Positions 38,170 to 53,599 of a stretch of 64,000 bases of DNA are shown piece by piece. The position numbers and the translations under genes were made by a program. Positions within the stretch are counted from its first letter, which is position 1; every line of letters begins with the position of its first letter. The DNA is taken from the NCBI RefSeq assembly GCF_009914755.1, contig NC_060928.1. One strand, given 5' to 3'. Source of the DNA: the human T2T-CHM13v2.0 reference genome, Homo sapiens. The notes under the pieces are model-generated. The model was not told the origin of the DNA. It saw only the letters and a list, made by a program, of their open reading frames with translations, and did no database searches.

Positions 38170-41100
38170 TTACTTTCATATTTTATGTACAGTATATAAT
38201 ACATAATTTGGGCACTTTGATATTTTATGTACAGTATATAATACATACTTTGGGTAATTTTATATTTTATGTACAGTATATAATACATAGTTTGGGTACT
38301 TTGATATTTAATGTACAGTATATAATACACACTTTGCGTACTTTGATATTTTATGTAAAGTATGTAATACATATTTTGGGTACTTTGATATTTTATGTAT
38401 AGTATGTAATACACACTTTGGGTAGTTTGATATTTTATGTACAGTATGTAAAACATACTTTGGGTAGTTTGATATTTTATGATCAGTATATAATACACAT
38501 TTTGGGTACTTTGATATTTTATGTACAGTATATAATACATACTTTGGGTACTTTGATATTTTATGTACAGTATATAATGCATAATTTGGGTACTTTGATA
38601 GTTTATGCACAGTATATAATACATACTATGGGTACTTTGATATTTTATCTACAGTATATAATACATACTTTGGGTACTTTGATATACTATGTACAGTATA
38701 TAATACATAGTTTGGGTACTTTGATATTTTATGTACAGTATGTAAAACATACTTTGGGGAGTTTGATATTTTATGAACAGTATATAATACACCTTTTGGG
38801 TACTTTGATATTTTATGTACAGTATATAATACATACTGTGGGTACTTTGATATTTTATGTACAGTATATAATACATAATTTGGGTAGTTTGATATTTTAT
38901 GTACAGTATATAATACATAAATTGTATACTTCGGTATTTTATGTGCACTACACTATATATAGATTGGGTACTTTGATATTTTATGTCCAGTATAAAATAA
39001 ATAGTTTTGGTACTTTGATATTTTATGTACAGTATATAGTTTGAGTACTTTGATATTTAATGTACAGTTTATTATAAATGTTTGGGTGCTTTCATATTTT
39101 ATATACAGTATATAATACATAATTTGGGCACTTTGATATTTTATGTATAGTATATAATACATATTTTGGGTACTTTGATATTTTATGTACGGTATATAAT
39201 ACATACATTGGGTACTTTGATATTTTATGTACAGTATATAATATATAGTTTGGGTACTTTGATATTTTATATACAGTATATAATATATATTATGTGTACT
39301 TTGATATATTATGTACAGTATATAATATATAGTTTGGGTAATTTGATATTTTATGTACAGTATACAATATATAGTATTGGTACTTTGATATTTCATGTAA
39401 AGTATATAGTTTGAGTACTTTGATATTTTATATACAGTTTATTATAAATGTTTGGGAACCTTCATATTTTATGTATAGTATATAATACATACTTTGGGAA
39501 CTTTTATTTTATGTGCAGTATATAATACATACTTTGGGTGCTTTGATATTTTACGTACAGTATATAATACACACTTTGGGTACTTTGATATTTTATGTAC
39601 AGTATATAATACACACTTTGGGTACTTTGACATTTTATGTACAGTATATAATACATACTTTGGGTACTTTGATGTATTATGTACAGTATATAATACATAG
39701 TTTGGTTACTTTGATATTTTTTGTACAGTATGTAAAACATACTTTGGGGAGTTTGATATTTTATGAACAGTATATAATACACATTTTGGGTACTTTGATA
39801 TTTTATGTACTGTATATAATACATACTTTGGGTACTTTGATATTTTATGTACAGTATATAATTCATACTTTGGGTACTTTGATATTTTATGTACAGTATA
39901 TAATACATACATTGGGTACTTCGATATTTTATGTGCAGTACCCTATATATAGTTCGGGTACTTCGATATTTTATATCCAGTATAAAATAAATAGTTTTGG
40001 TACTTTGATATTTTATGTACAGTATATAGTTTTAGTACTTTGATATTTAATGTTCAGTTTATTATACATGTTTGGGTGCTTTCATATTTTATATACAGTA
40101 TATAATACATACTTTGGGCACTTTGATATTTTCTGTACAGTATATAATACATACTTTGGGTACTTTGATATTTTATGTACGGTATATAATACATACATTG
40201 GGTACTTTGATATTTTATGTACAGTATATAATATATAGTTTGGTTACTTTGATATTTTATATACAGTATATAATATATATTATGTGTACTTTGATATATT
40301 ATGTACAGTATATAATATATAGTATGGGTTGTTTGATATTTTATGTACAGTATATAATATATAGTTTGGGTAGTTTGATATTTTTAGTACAGTATGTAAT
40401 ATATAGTTTGTTTTATTTGATATTTTATGTACAGTATACAATATATAGTATTGGTACTTTGATATTTCATGTAAAGTATATAGTTTGAGTACTTTGATAT
40501 TTTATATGCAGTTTATTATAAATGTTTCGGTACCTTCATATTTTATGTACAGTATATAATACATACTTTGGGAACTTTTATTTTATGTGCAGTATATAAT
40601 ACATACTTTGGGTACTTTGATATTTCATGTACAGTATATAATACACACTTTGGGTACTTTGATATTTTATGTACAGTATATAATACACACTTTGGGTACT
40701 TTGATATTTTATGTACAGTATATAATACATACTTTGGGAACTTTGATGTATTATGTACAGTATATAATACATACTTTGGGTACTTTGATATTTTATGTAC
40801 AGTATATAATACATACTTTGGGTACTTTGATATTTTATGTACAGTATGTAATACATAATTTGGGTACTTTAATATTTTATGTATAGTATATAATACTTAC
40901 TTTGGGTACTTTGATATTTTATGGACAGTGTATAATACATACTTTGGGTACTTTGATATTTTATGTACAGTATATAACATATAGTTTGGGTACTTTGATA
41001 TTTTATATACAGTATATAATACATACTTTGGGTACTTTGATATTTTATGTACAGTATATAATACATACTTTGGGTACTTTGATATTTCATGCACAGTATA

Positions 41101-44100
41101 CAATATATAGTTTGAGTACTTTGATATTTTATGTACTGTATAAAATATATAGTTTTGGTACTTTGATATTTTATGTACAGTATATAGTTTGAGTACTTTG
41201 ATATTTTATGTACAGTTTGTTATAAATGTTTGGGTGCTTTCATATTTTATGTACAGTATATAATACATACTTTGGGCACTTTGATATCTTATGTACAGTA
41301 TATAATACATGCTTTGGTTTCTCTGATATTTTCTGTACAGTGTATAATACATAATTTGGGTACTTTGATATTTTATGTACAGCATATAATACATACGTTG
41401 GGTTCTTTGATATATTATGTACAGTATGTAATACATACTTTGGGTACTTTGATATTTTATGTACAGTATATAATCCATAGTTTGTGTACTTTTATATTTT
41501 ATGTACAGTATATAATACATACTTTGGGTACTTTGATATTTTATGTACAGTATATAATACATACTTTGGGTACTTTCATGTTTTATGTACAGTATATAAT
41601 ATATAGTTTGGGTACTTTGATATTTTATCTACAGCTTATAATACTTACTTTGGGTAATTTGATATTTTATGTACAGTATATAATACATACTTTGGGTAGT
41701 TTGATATTTTATGTACAGTATACAATATATAGTTTGAGTACTTTGATATTTTATGTGCAGTATAAAATATATAGTGTTGGTACTTTGATGTTTTATGTAC
41801 AGTATATATTTTGAGTACTTTCATATTTTGTGTACAGTTTATTATAAATTTTTGGGTACTTTCATATTTGATGTACAGTATATAATACATAATTCGGGCA
41901 CTTTGATATTTTATGTACAGTATATAATACATACTTTGGGTACTTTTATATTTTATGTACAGTATATAATACATACTCGGGGCACTTTGATATTTAATGT
42001 ACAGTATATAATACACACTTTGCGTACTTTGATATTTTATGTAACGTATGTAATACATACTTTGGGTAGTTTGATATTTTATGTACAGTATATAGTACAC
42101 ACTTTGGGTACTTTGATATTTTATGTACAGTATGTAAAACATACTTTGGGTAGTTTGATATTTTATGATCAGTATATAATACACCTTTTGGGTACCTTGA
42201 TATTTTATGTAGAGTATATAATACATAATTTGGGCACTTTGATATTTTATGTATAGTATATAATACATATTTTGGGTACTTTGATATTTTATGTATGGTA
42301 TATAATACACACATTGGGTACTTTGATATTTTATGTACAGTATATAATATATAGTTTGGGTACTTTGATATTTTATATACACTATATAATATATATTATG
42401 TGTACTTTGATATATTATGTACAGTATATAATATATAGTTTGGGTAATTTGATATTTTATGTACAGTATACAATATATAGTATTGGTACTTTGATATTTC
42501 ATGTAAAGTATATAGTTTGAGTACTTTGATATTTTATATACAGTTTATTACAAATGTTTGGGAACCTTCATATTTTATGTATAGTATATAATACATACTT
42601 TGGGAACTTTTATTTTATGTGCAGTATATAATACATACTTTGGGTACTTTGATATTTTACGTACAGTATATAATACACACTTTGGGTACTTTGATATTTT
42701 ATGTACAGTATATAATACACACTTTGGGTACTTTGATATTTTATGTACAGTATATAATACATACTTTGGGTACTTTGATGTATTATGTACAGTATATAAT
42801 ACATACTTTGGGTACTTTGATATTTTATGTACAGTATATAATACATACTTTGGGTACTTTAATATTTTATGTATAGTATATAATACCTACTTTGGGTAGT
42901 TTGATATTTTATGGACAGTATATAATACTTGATTTGGGTAATTAGATATTTTATGTACAGTATATAATATATAGTTTGGGTACTTTGATATTTTATATAC
43001 AGTATATAATACATACTTTGGGTACTTTGATATTTTATGTACAGTATATAATACATACTTTGGGTACTTTGATATTTTATGTACAGTATGTAAAACATAC
43101 TTTGGGTACTTTGATATTTTATGTACTGTATAAGATATATAGTTTTGGTTCTTTGAGATTTTATGTACAGTATATAGTTTGAGAACTTTGATATTTTATG
43201 TACAGTTTATTATAAATGTTTGGTTACTTTCACATTTTATGTACAGTATATAATACATAATTTGGGCACTTTGATATTTTATGCACAGTATATAATACAT
43301 ACTTTGGGTACTTTTGTATTTTATGTACAGTATATAATACATAGTTTAGGTACTTTGATATTTAATGTATAGTATATAATGCACACTTTGCGTACTTTGA
43401 TATTTTATGTAAAGTATGTAATACATACTTTGGGTACTTTGATATGTTATGTACAGTATGTAAAACATACTTTGGGTAGTTTGGTATTTTATGATCAGTA
43501 TATAATACATATTTTGGGTACTTTGATATTTTATGTACGGTATATAATACATACTTTGGGTACTTTGATAGTTTATGTACAGTATATAATGCATAATTTG
43601 GGTACTTTTATAGTTTATGCACAGTATATAATACATACTTTGGGTACTTTGATGTTTTATGTACAGTATATAATGCATACTTTGGGTACTTTGATAGTTT
43701 ATGTACAGTATACAATACATACTTTGGGTACTTTGATATTTTATATACAGTATATAATATGTAGTTTGGGTATTTTGATATATTAACTACAGTATATAAT
43801 ACATACTTTGGGTATTTTGATATTTTATCTACAGTATATAATACATACTTTGGGTACTTTGACATATTATGTACAGTATATAATACATAGTTTGGGTACT
43901 TTGATATTTTTTGTACAGTATGTAAAACATACTTTGGGGAGTTTGATATTTTATGAACAGTATATAATACACATTTTGGGTACTTTGATATTTTATGTAC
44001 AGTATATAATACATACTTTGGGTACTTTGATATTTTATGTACAGTATATAATACATACTTTGGGTACTTTGGTATTTTATGTACAGTATATAATACATAC

Positions 44101-46793
44101 ATTGGGTACTTCGATATTTTATGTGCAGTACACTATATATAGTTTGGGTACTTTGATATTTTATGTCCAGTATAAAATAAATAGTTTTGGTAATTTGATA
44201 TTTTATGTACAGTATATGGTTTGAGTACTTTGATATTTAATGTACAGTTTATTATAAATGTTTGGGTGCTTTCATATTTTATATACAGTATATAATACAT
44301 ACTTTGGGCACTTTGATATTTTATGTACAGTATATAATACATTCTTTGGGTACTTTCATATTTTATGTACGGTATATAATACATACATTGGGTACTTTGA
44401 TATTTTATGTACAGCATATAATATATAGTTTGGGTACTTTGATATTTTATATACAGTATATAATATATATTATGTGTACTTTGATATATTATGTACAGTA
44501 TATAATATATAGTTTGGGTTGTTTGATATTTTATGTACAGTATATAATATATAGTTTGGGTAGTTTGATATTTTAAGTAGAGTTTGTAATATATACTTTG
44601 TGTAATTTAATATTTTATGAACAGTATACAATATATAGTATTGGTACTTTGATATTTCATGTAAAGTATATAGTTTGAGTACTTTGATATTTTATATAGA
44701 GTTTATTATAAAAGTTTGGGTACCTTCATATTTTATGTACAGTATATAATACATACTTTGGGAACTTTTATTTTATGTGCAGTATATAATACATACTTTG
44801 GGTACTTTGATAATTTATGTGCAGTATATAATACACACTTTGGGTACTTTGATATTTTATGTACAGTATATAATACACACTTTGGGTACTTTGATATTTT
44901 ATGTACAGTATATAATACATACTTTGGGTACTTTGATGTATTATGTACAGTATATAGTACATACTTTGGGTACTTTGATATTTTATGTACAGTATATAAT
45001 AGATACTTGGGTACTTTGATATTTTATGTATAGTATATAATACATACTTTGTGTAGTTTGATATTTTATGCACAGTATACAATATATAGTTTGAGTACTT
45101 TGATATTTTATGTCCAGTATAAAATATATAGTTTTCGTAATTGATATTTTATGTACAGAATATAGTTTGAGTACTTTGATATTTTATGTAAACTTTATTA
45201 TAAATATTTGGGTACTTTCATATTTTACGTACAGTATATAATACATACTTTGGTCTCTTTGATGTTTTATGTACAGTATATAATACATACTTTGGGTTCT
45301 TTGATATTTTATGTGCAGAATATAATGCATAGTTTTAGGTACTTTTATATTTTATGTACAGTATATAATACATACTTTGGGTACTTTGATATTTTATGTA
45401 CAGTATACAATACATACTTTGGGAACTTTGATATTTTATGTACAGTATGTAATACATACTTTGGGTACTTTGATATTTTATGTACAGTATATAATACATA
45501 TTATTGGTACTTTGATATTTTATGTACAGTATACAATATATAGTTTGAGTACTTTGATATTTTATGTCCAGTATAAAATACATAGATTTCATACTTTGAT
45601 ATTTTATGTACAGAATATAGTTTGAGTACTTTGATATTTTATGTACACATTATCATAAAAGTTTGGGTACTTTCATATTTTACGTACAGTATATAATACA
45701 TACTTTGGGCACTTTGATGTTTTATGTACAGTATATAATACATACTTTGTGTTCTTTGATATGTTATGTACAGCATATAGTACATAATTTGGGGACTTTT
45801 ATATTTTATGTACATTATATAATACATACTTTGGGTACTTTTATATTTTATGTACCGTATATAATACATACTTTGGGTACTTTGATATATTATGTACAGT
45901 ATATAATACATACTTTGGGTACTTTGATATATTATGTACAGTATATAATACACACTTAGGGTACTTTGACATATTATGTACAGTATATAATACATACTTA
46001 GGGTACTTTGACATTTTATGTACAGTACATAATACATACTTTGGGTACTTTGATATTCTATATACAGTATATAATACATACTTTGGGTACTTTGATATTT
46101 TATGTACAGTATATAATACATATTTTGGGTACTTTTATATTTTATGTACAGTATATAATATATAGTTTGGGTACTTTGATATTTTATGTACGGTATATAA
46201 TACATACTTTGGGTACTTTGATATTTTATGTACAGTATATAATACATACTTTGGGTACTTTGATATTTTATGTACATTATATTATACATACTTTGGGTAC
46301 TTTGATATTTAATGTACAGTATATAATACACACTTTGCGTACTTTGATATTTTATGTAAAGTATGTAATACATACTTTGGGTAATTTGATATTTTATGTA
46401 CAGTATATAATACGTAGTTTGGGTACTTTGATATTTTAACTACAGTATATAATACATACTTTGCGTACTTTGATATTTTATGTAAAGTATGTAATACATA
46501 GTTTGGGTACTTTGATATTTTATGTACAGTATATAATACATACTTTGGGTACTTTTATATTTTATGTACAGTATATAATATATAGTTTGGGTACTTTGAT
46601 ATTTTATGTACGGTATATAATACATACTTTGGGTACTTTGATATTTTATGTACAGTATATAATACATACTTTGGGTACTCTGATATTTTATGTACATTAT
46701 ACAATATATAGTTTGAGTACTTTGCTATTTTATGTACTGTATAAAATATATAGTTTTCGTACTTTGATATTTTATGTACAGTATATAGTTTGA

Positions 46794-49700
46794 GTACTTT
46801 CATATTTTATGTACAGTTTTTTATAAATGTTTGGGTGCTTTCATATTTTATGTACAGTATATAATACATACAAAGGGCACTTTGATATTTTATGTACAGT
46901 ATATAATACATACTTTGGGTACTCTGATATTTTATGTACAGTGTATAATACATACTTTGGGTACTTTGATATTTTATGTACAATATATAATACATACGTT
47001 GGGTACTTTGATATTTTATGTACAGTATATAATACATACATTGGGTACTTCGATATTTTATGTGCAGTACCCTATATATAGTTTGGGTATTTTGATATTT
47101 TATGTCCAGTATAAAATAAATAGTTTTGTTACTTTGATATTTTATGTACAGTATATAATACATACTTTGGGTACTTTGATATTTTATGTACAGTATATAA
47201 TACATACTTTGGGAACTTTGATATTTTATGTACAGTATGTAAAACATACTTTGGGTACTTTGATATTTTATGTACAGTATATAATACATACTTTGTGTAC
47301 TTTGATATTTTATGTACAGTATACAATATATAGTTTGAGTACTTTGATATTTTATGTGCAGTATAAAATATATAGTTTTGGTACTTTCATATTTTATGTA
47401 CAGTATATAGTTTGAGTACTTTGATATTTTATGTACAGTTTTTTATAAATGTTTGGGTGCTTTCATATTTTATGTACAGTATATAATACATACTAAGGGC
47501 ACTTTGATATTTTATGTACAGTATATAATACATACTTTGGGTACTTTGATATTTTATGTACATCATATAATATATGGTTTGGGTACTTTGATATTTTATG
47601 TACAGTATATAATACATACCTTGGGTACTTTGATATTTTATGTACAGTATATAATATATAGTTTGGGTATTTTGATATTTTATGTACAGGATATAATGCA
47701 TACTTTGGGTACTTTGATAGTTTATGTACAGTATATAATACATACTTTGGGTACTTTGATATTTTATGTATAGTATAAAATATATAGTTTGGGTACTTTG
47801 ATATTTTATGTACAGTATGTAAAAGATACTTTGGGGAGTTTGATATTTTATGTACAGTATGTAAAACATACTTTGGGGAGTTTGATATTTTATGAACAGT
47901 ATATAATACACATTTTGTGTACTTTGATATTTTATGTACAGTATATAATACATACTTTGGGTACTTTGATATTTTATGTACAGTATAGATTACATACTTT
48001 GGGTACTTTGATATTTTATGTACAGTATACAATATATAGTTTGAGTACTTTGATATTTTATGTACTGTATAAAATATATAGTTTTGGTACTTTGATATTT
48101 TATGTACAGTATATAGTTTGAGTACTTTGATATTTTATGTACAGTTTGTTATAAATATTTTGGTGCTTTCATATTTTATGTACTGTATATAATACATGCT
48201 TTGGGCACTTTGATATTTTATGGACAGTATATAATACATACTTTGGGTACTCTGATATTTTATGTACAGTGTATAATACATACTTTGGGTACTTTGATAT
48301 TTTATGTACAGTATATAATACATACATTGGGTACTTTGATATATTATGTACAGTATATAATACTTACTTGGGGTACTTTGATATTTTATGTACAGTATAT
48401 AATACATAGTTTGTGTACTTTGATATTTTATGTACAGTATATAATACATACTTTGGGTACTTTGATATTTTATGTACAGTATATAATACATACTTTGGGT
48501 ATCTTGATATTTTATGTACAGTATATACTGCATACTTTGCGTACTTTGATATTTTATGTACAGTATATAATGCATACTTTGGGTACTTTGATATTTTATG
48601 TACAGTATGTAATACGTACTTTGGGTACTTTGATATTTTATGTATAGTATATAATACATACTTTGTGTAGTTTGATATTTTATGTACAGTATACAATATA
48701 TAGTTTGAGTACTTTGTTATTTTATGTGCGGTATAAAATATATAGTTTTCGTAATTGATATTTTATGTACAGAATATAGTTTGAGTACTTTGATATTTTA
48801 TGTACACTTTCTTATAAATGTTTGGGTACTTTCATATTTTATGTACAGTATATAATACATACTTTGGTCTCTTTGATGTTTTATGTACAGTATATAATAC
48901 ATACTTTGGGTTCTTTGATATTTTATGTACAGAATATAATGCATAGTTTTAGGTACTTATATATTTTATGTACAGTATATAATACATACTTTGGGTACTT
49001 TGATATTTTATGTACAAAATATAATACATACTTTGGGAACTTTGATATTTTATGTATAGTATGTAATACATACTTTGGGTACTTTGATATTTTATGTACA
49101 GTATATAATACATACTATTGGTACTTTGATATTTTATGTACAGTATATAATACATACTTTGGGTACTTTTATATTTTATGTACAGTATATAATGTATAGT
49201 TTGGGTACTTTGATATTTTATGTACGGTATATAATACATACTTTGGGTACTTTGATATTTTATGTACAGTATATAATACATACTTTGGGTACTCTGATAT
49301 TTTATGTACAGTATACAATATATAGTTTGAGTACTTTGATATTTTATGTACAGTATATAATACATAATTTGGGTACTTTTATATTTTATGTACAGTATAT
49401 AATATATACTTTGGGTACTTTGATATTTTATGTACGGTATATAATACATACTTTGGGTACTTTGATATTTTCTGTACAGTATATAATACATACTTTGGGT
49501 ACTCTGATATTTTATGTACAGTATACAATATATAGTTTGAGTACTTTGATATTTTATGTACAGTATATAATACATACTTTGGGTACTCTGATATTTTATG
49601 TACAGTATACAATATATAGTTTGAGTAATTTGATATTTTATGTACTGTATAAAATATATAGTTATCGTACTTTGATATTTTATGTACAGTATATAGTTTG

Positions 49701-52700
49701 AGTAATTTGATATTTTATGTACAGTTTTTTATAAATGTTTGGGTGCTTTCTTATTTTATGTACAGTATATAATACATTCAAAGGGCACTTTGATATTTTA
49801 TGTACAGTATATAATACATACTTTGGGTACTCTGATATTTTATGTACAGTGTATAATACATACTTTGGGCACTTTGATATTTTATGTACAATATATAATA
49901 CATACGTTGGGAACTTTGATATATTATGTACAGTATATAATACATACTTTGGGTACTTTGATATTTTATCTACAGTATACAACACATAGTTTGTGTACTT
50001 TGATATTTTATGTACAGTATATAATACATACTTTGGGTACTTTGATATTTTTTGTACAGCATATAATACATACTTTGGGTACTTTCATATTTTATGTACA
50101 GTATATAATATATAGTTTGGTTACTTTGATATTTTATCTACAGCTTATAATACATACTTTGGATACTTTGATACTTTATGTACAGTATATAATACATAAT
50201 TTGGGTACTTTGATATTTGATGTACAGTATACATTATATAGTTTGAGTACTTTGATATTTTATGTGCAGTATAAAATATATAGTTTTGGTACTTTCATAT
50301 TTTATGTACAGTATATAGTTTGAGTACTTTGATATTTTATGTACAGTTTTTTATAAATGTTTGGGTGCTTTCATATTTTATGTACAGTATATAATACATA
50401 CTAAGGGCACTTTGATATTTTATGTACAGTATATAATACATACCTGGGGTACTTTGATATTTTATGTACAGTATATAATATATAGTTTGGGTATTTTTAT
50501 ATTTTATGTACAGAATATAATACATACTTTGGGTACTTTGATATTTTATGTACAGTATATAATACATACTTTGGGAACTTTTATATTTTATGTACAGTAT
50601 GTAAAACATACTTTGGGTACTTTGATATTTTTTGTACAGGATATAATGCATACTTTGGGTACTTTGATAGTTTATGTACAGTATATAATACATACTTTGG
50701 GTACTTTGATATTTTATGTATAGTATAAAATATATAGTTTGGGTACTTTGATATTTTATGTACAGTATGTAAAACATACTTTGGGGATTTTGATATTTTA
50801 TGTACAGTATGTAAAACATACTTTGGGGAGTTTGATATTTTATGAACAGTATATAATACACATTTTGTGTACTTTGATATTTTATGTCCAGTATATAATA
50901 CATACTTTGGGTACTTTGATATTTTATGTACAGTATAGATTACATACTTTTGGTAGTTTGATATTTTATGTACAGTATACAATATATAGTTTGAGGACTT
51001 TGATATTTTATGTACTGTATAAAATATATAGTTTTGGTACTTTGATATTTTATGTACAGTATATAGTTTGAGTACTTTGATATTTTATGTACAGTTTGTT
51101 ATAAATATTTTGGTGCTTTCATATTTTATGTACTGTATATAATACATGCTTTGGGCACTTTGATATTTTATGTACAGTATATAATACATACTTTGGGTAC
51201 TCTGATATTTTATGTACAGTGTATAATACATACTTTGGGTACTTTGATATTTTATGTACAGTATATAATACATACATTGGGTACTTTGATATATTATGTA
51301 CAGTATATAATACTTACTTGGGGTACTTTGATATTTTATGTACAGTATATAATACATAGTTTGTGTACTTTGATATTTTATGTACAGTATGTAGTACACA
51401 CTTTGGGTACTTTGATATTTTATGTACAGTATATAATACATACTTTGGGTATCTTGATATTTAATGTACAGTATATAATGCATACTTTGCGTCCTTTGAT
51501 ATTTTATGTACAGTATATAATGCATACTTTGGGTACTTTGATATTTTATGTACAGTATGTAATACATACTTTGGGTACTTTGATATTTTATGTATAGTGT
51601 ATAATACATACTTTGTGTAGTTTGATATTTTATGTACAGTATACAATATATAGTTTGAGTACTTTGTTATTTTATGTGCAGTATAAAATATATAGTTTTC
51701 GTAATTGATATTTTATATACAGAATATAGTTTGAATACTTTGATATTTTATGTACACTTTATTATAAAAGTTTGGGTACTTTCATATTTTACATACAGTA
51801 TATAATACATACTTTGGGCACTTTGATGTTTTATGTACAGTATATAATACATATTTTGGGTTCTTTGATATTTTATGTACAGCATATAATACATAATTTG
51901 GGGACTTTTATATTTTATTTACATTATAATATACATACTTTGGGTAATTTATATTTTATGTACGGTATATAATACACACTTTGGGTACTTTGATATATTA
52001 TGTACAGTATATAATACATACTTTGGGTACTTTGATATATTTTGTACAGTATATAATACATACTAAGGGTACTTTGACATTTTATGTACAGTACATAATA
52101 CATACTTTGGGTACTTTGATATTTTATGTACAGTATATAATGCATACTTTGGATACTTTGATATTTTATGTACAGTATATAATACATACTTTGGGTACTT
52201 TGATATTTTATGTACAGTATATAATATACAGTTTGGGTACTTTGATATTTTATGTACGGTATATAATACATACTTTGGGTACTTTGATATTTTATGTACA
52301 GTATATAATACATACTTTGGGTACTCTGATATTTTATGTACAGTATACAATATATAGTTTGAGTACTTTGATATTTTATGTACTGTATAAAATATATAGT
52401 TTTCGTAATTTGATATTTTATGTACAGTATATAGTTTGAGTACTTTGATATTTTATGTACAGTTTTTTATAAATGTTTGAGTGCTTTCATATTTTATGTA
52501 CAGTATATAATACATACAAAGGGCACTTTGATATTTTATGTACAGTATATAATACATACTTTGGGTACTCTGATATTTTATATACAGTGTATAATACATA
52601 CTTTGGGTACTTTGATATTTTATGTACAATATATAATACATACGTTGGGAACTTTGATATATTATGTACAGTATATAATACATACTTTGGGTACTTTGAT

Positions 52701-53599
52701 ATTTTATCTACAGTATACAACACATAGTTTGTGTACTTTGATATTTTATGTACAGTATATAATACATACTTTGGGTACTTTAATATTTTATGTACAGTTT
52801 ATAATACATACTTTGGGTACTTTCATATTTTATTTACAGTATATAATATATAGTTTGGTTACTTTGATATTTTATCTACAGCTTATAATACATACTTTGG
52901 ATACTTTGATACTTTATGTACAGTATATAATACATACTTTGGGTACTTTGATATTTTATGTACAGTATACAATATATAGTTTGAGTACTTTGATATTTTA
53001 TGTGCAGTATAAAATATATAGTTTTGGTTCTTTCATATTTTATGTACAGTATATAGTTTGAGTACTTTGATATTTTATGTACAGTTTTTTATAAATGTTT
53101 GGGTGCTTTCATATTTTATGTACAGTATATAATACATACTAAGGGCATTTTGATATTTTATGTACAGTATATAATACAGACTTTGGGTACTTTGATATTT
53201 TATGTACGTCATATAATATATAGTTTGGGTACTTTGATATTTTATGTACAGTATATAATACATACCTTGGGTACTTTGATATTTTATGTACAGTATATAA
53301 TATATAGTTTGGGTATTTTGATATTTTATGTACAGTATATAATACATACTTTGGGTACTTTGATATTTTATGTACAGTATATAATACATACTTTGGGAAC
53401 TTTGATATTTTATGTACAGTATGTAAAACATACTTTGGTTATTTTGATATTTTATGTACACTATATAATACATACTATTGGTACTTTGATATTTTATGTA
53501 CATTATACAATATATAGTTTGAGTACTTTGATATTTTATGTCCAGTATAAAATATATAGATTTCGTACTTTGATATTTTATGTACAGAATATAGTTTGA
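46794..53599 (+). repeat. Degenerate ~2.7-2.95-kb quasi-tandem higher-order repeat in HSat1A (about 2.5 copies)
   Basis: The block starting CAAAGGGCAC follows cassettes at 46793, 49701, 52439. The CTAAGGGCA block follows 47415, 50323, 53061. The CATGCTTTGGGCAC block follows 48121 and 51071. Confidence 0.75.
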
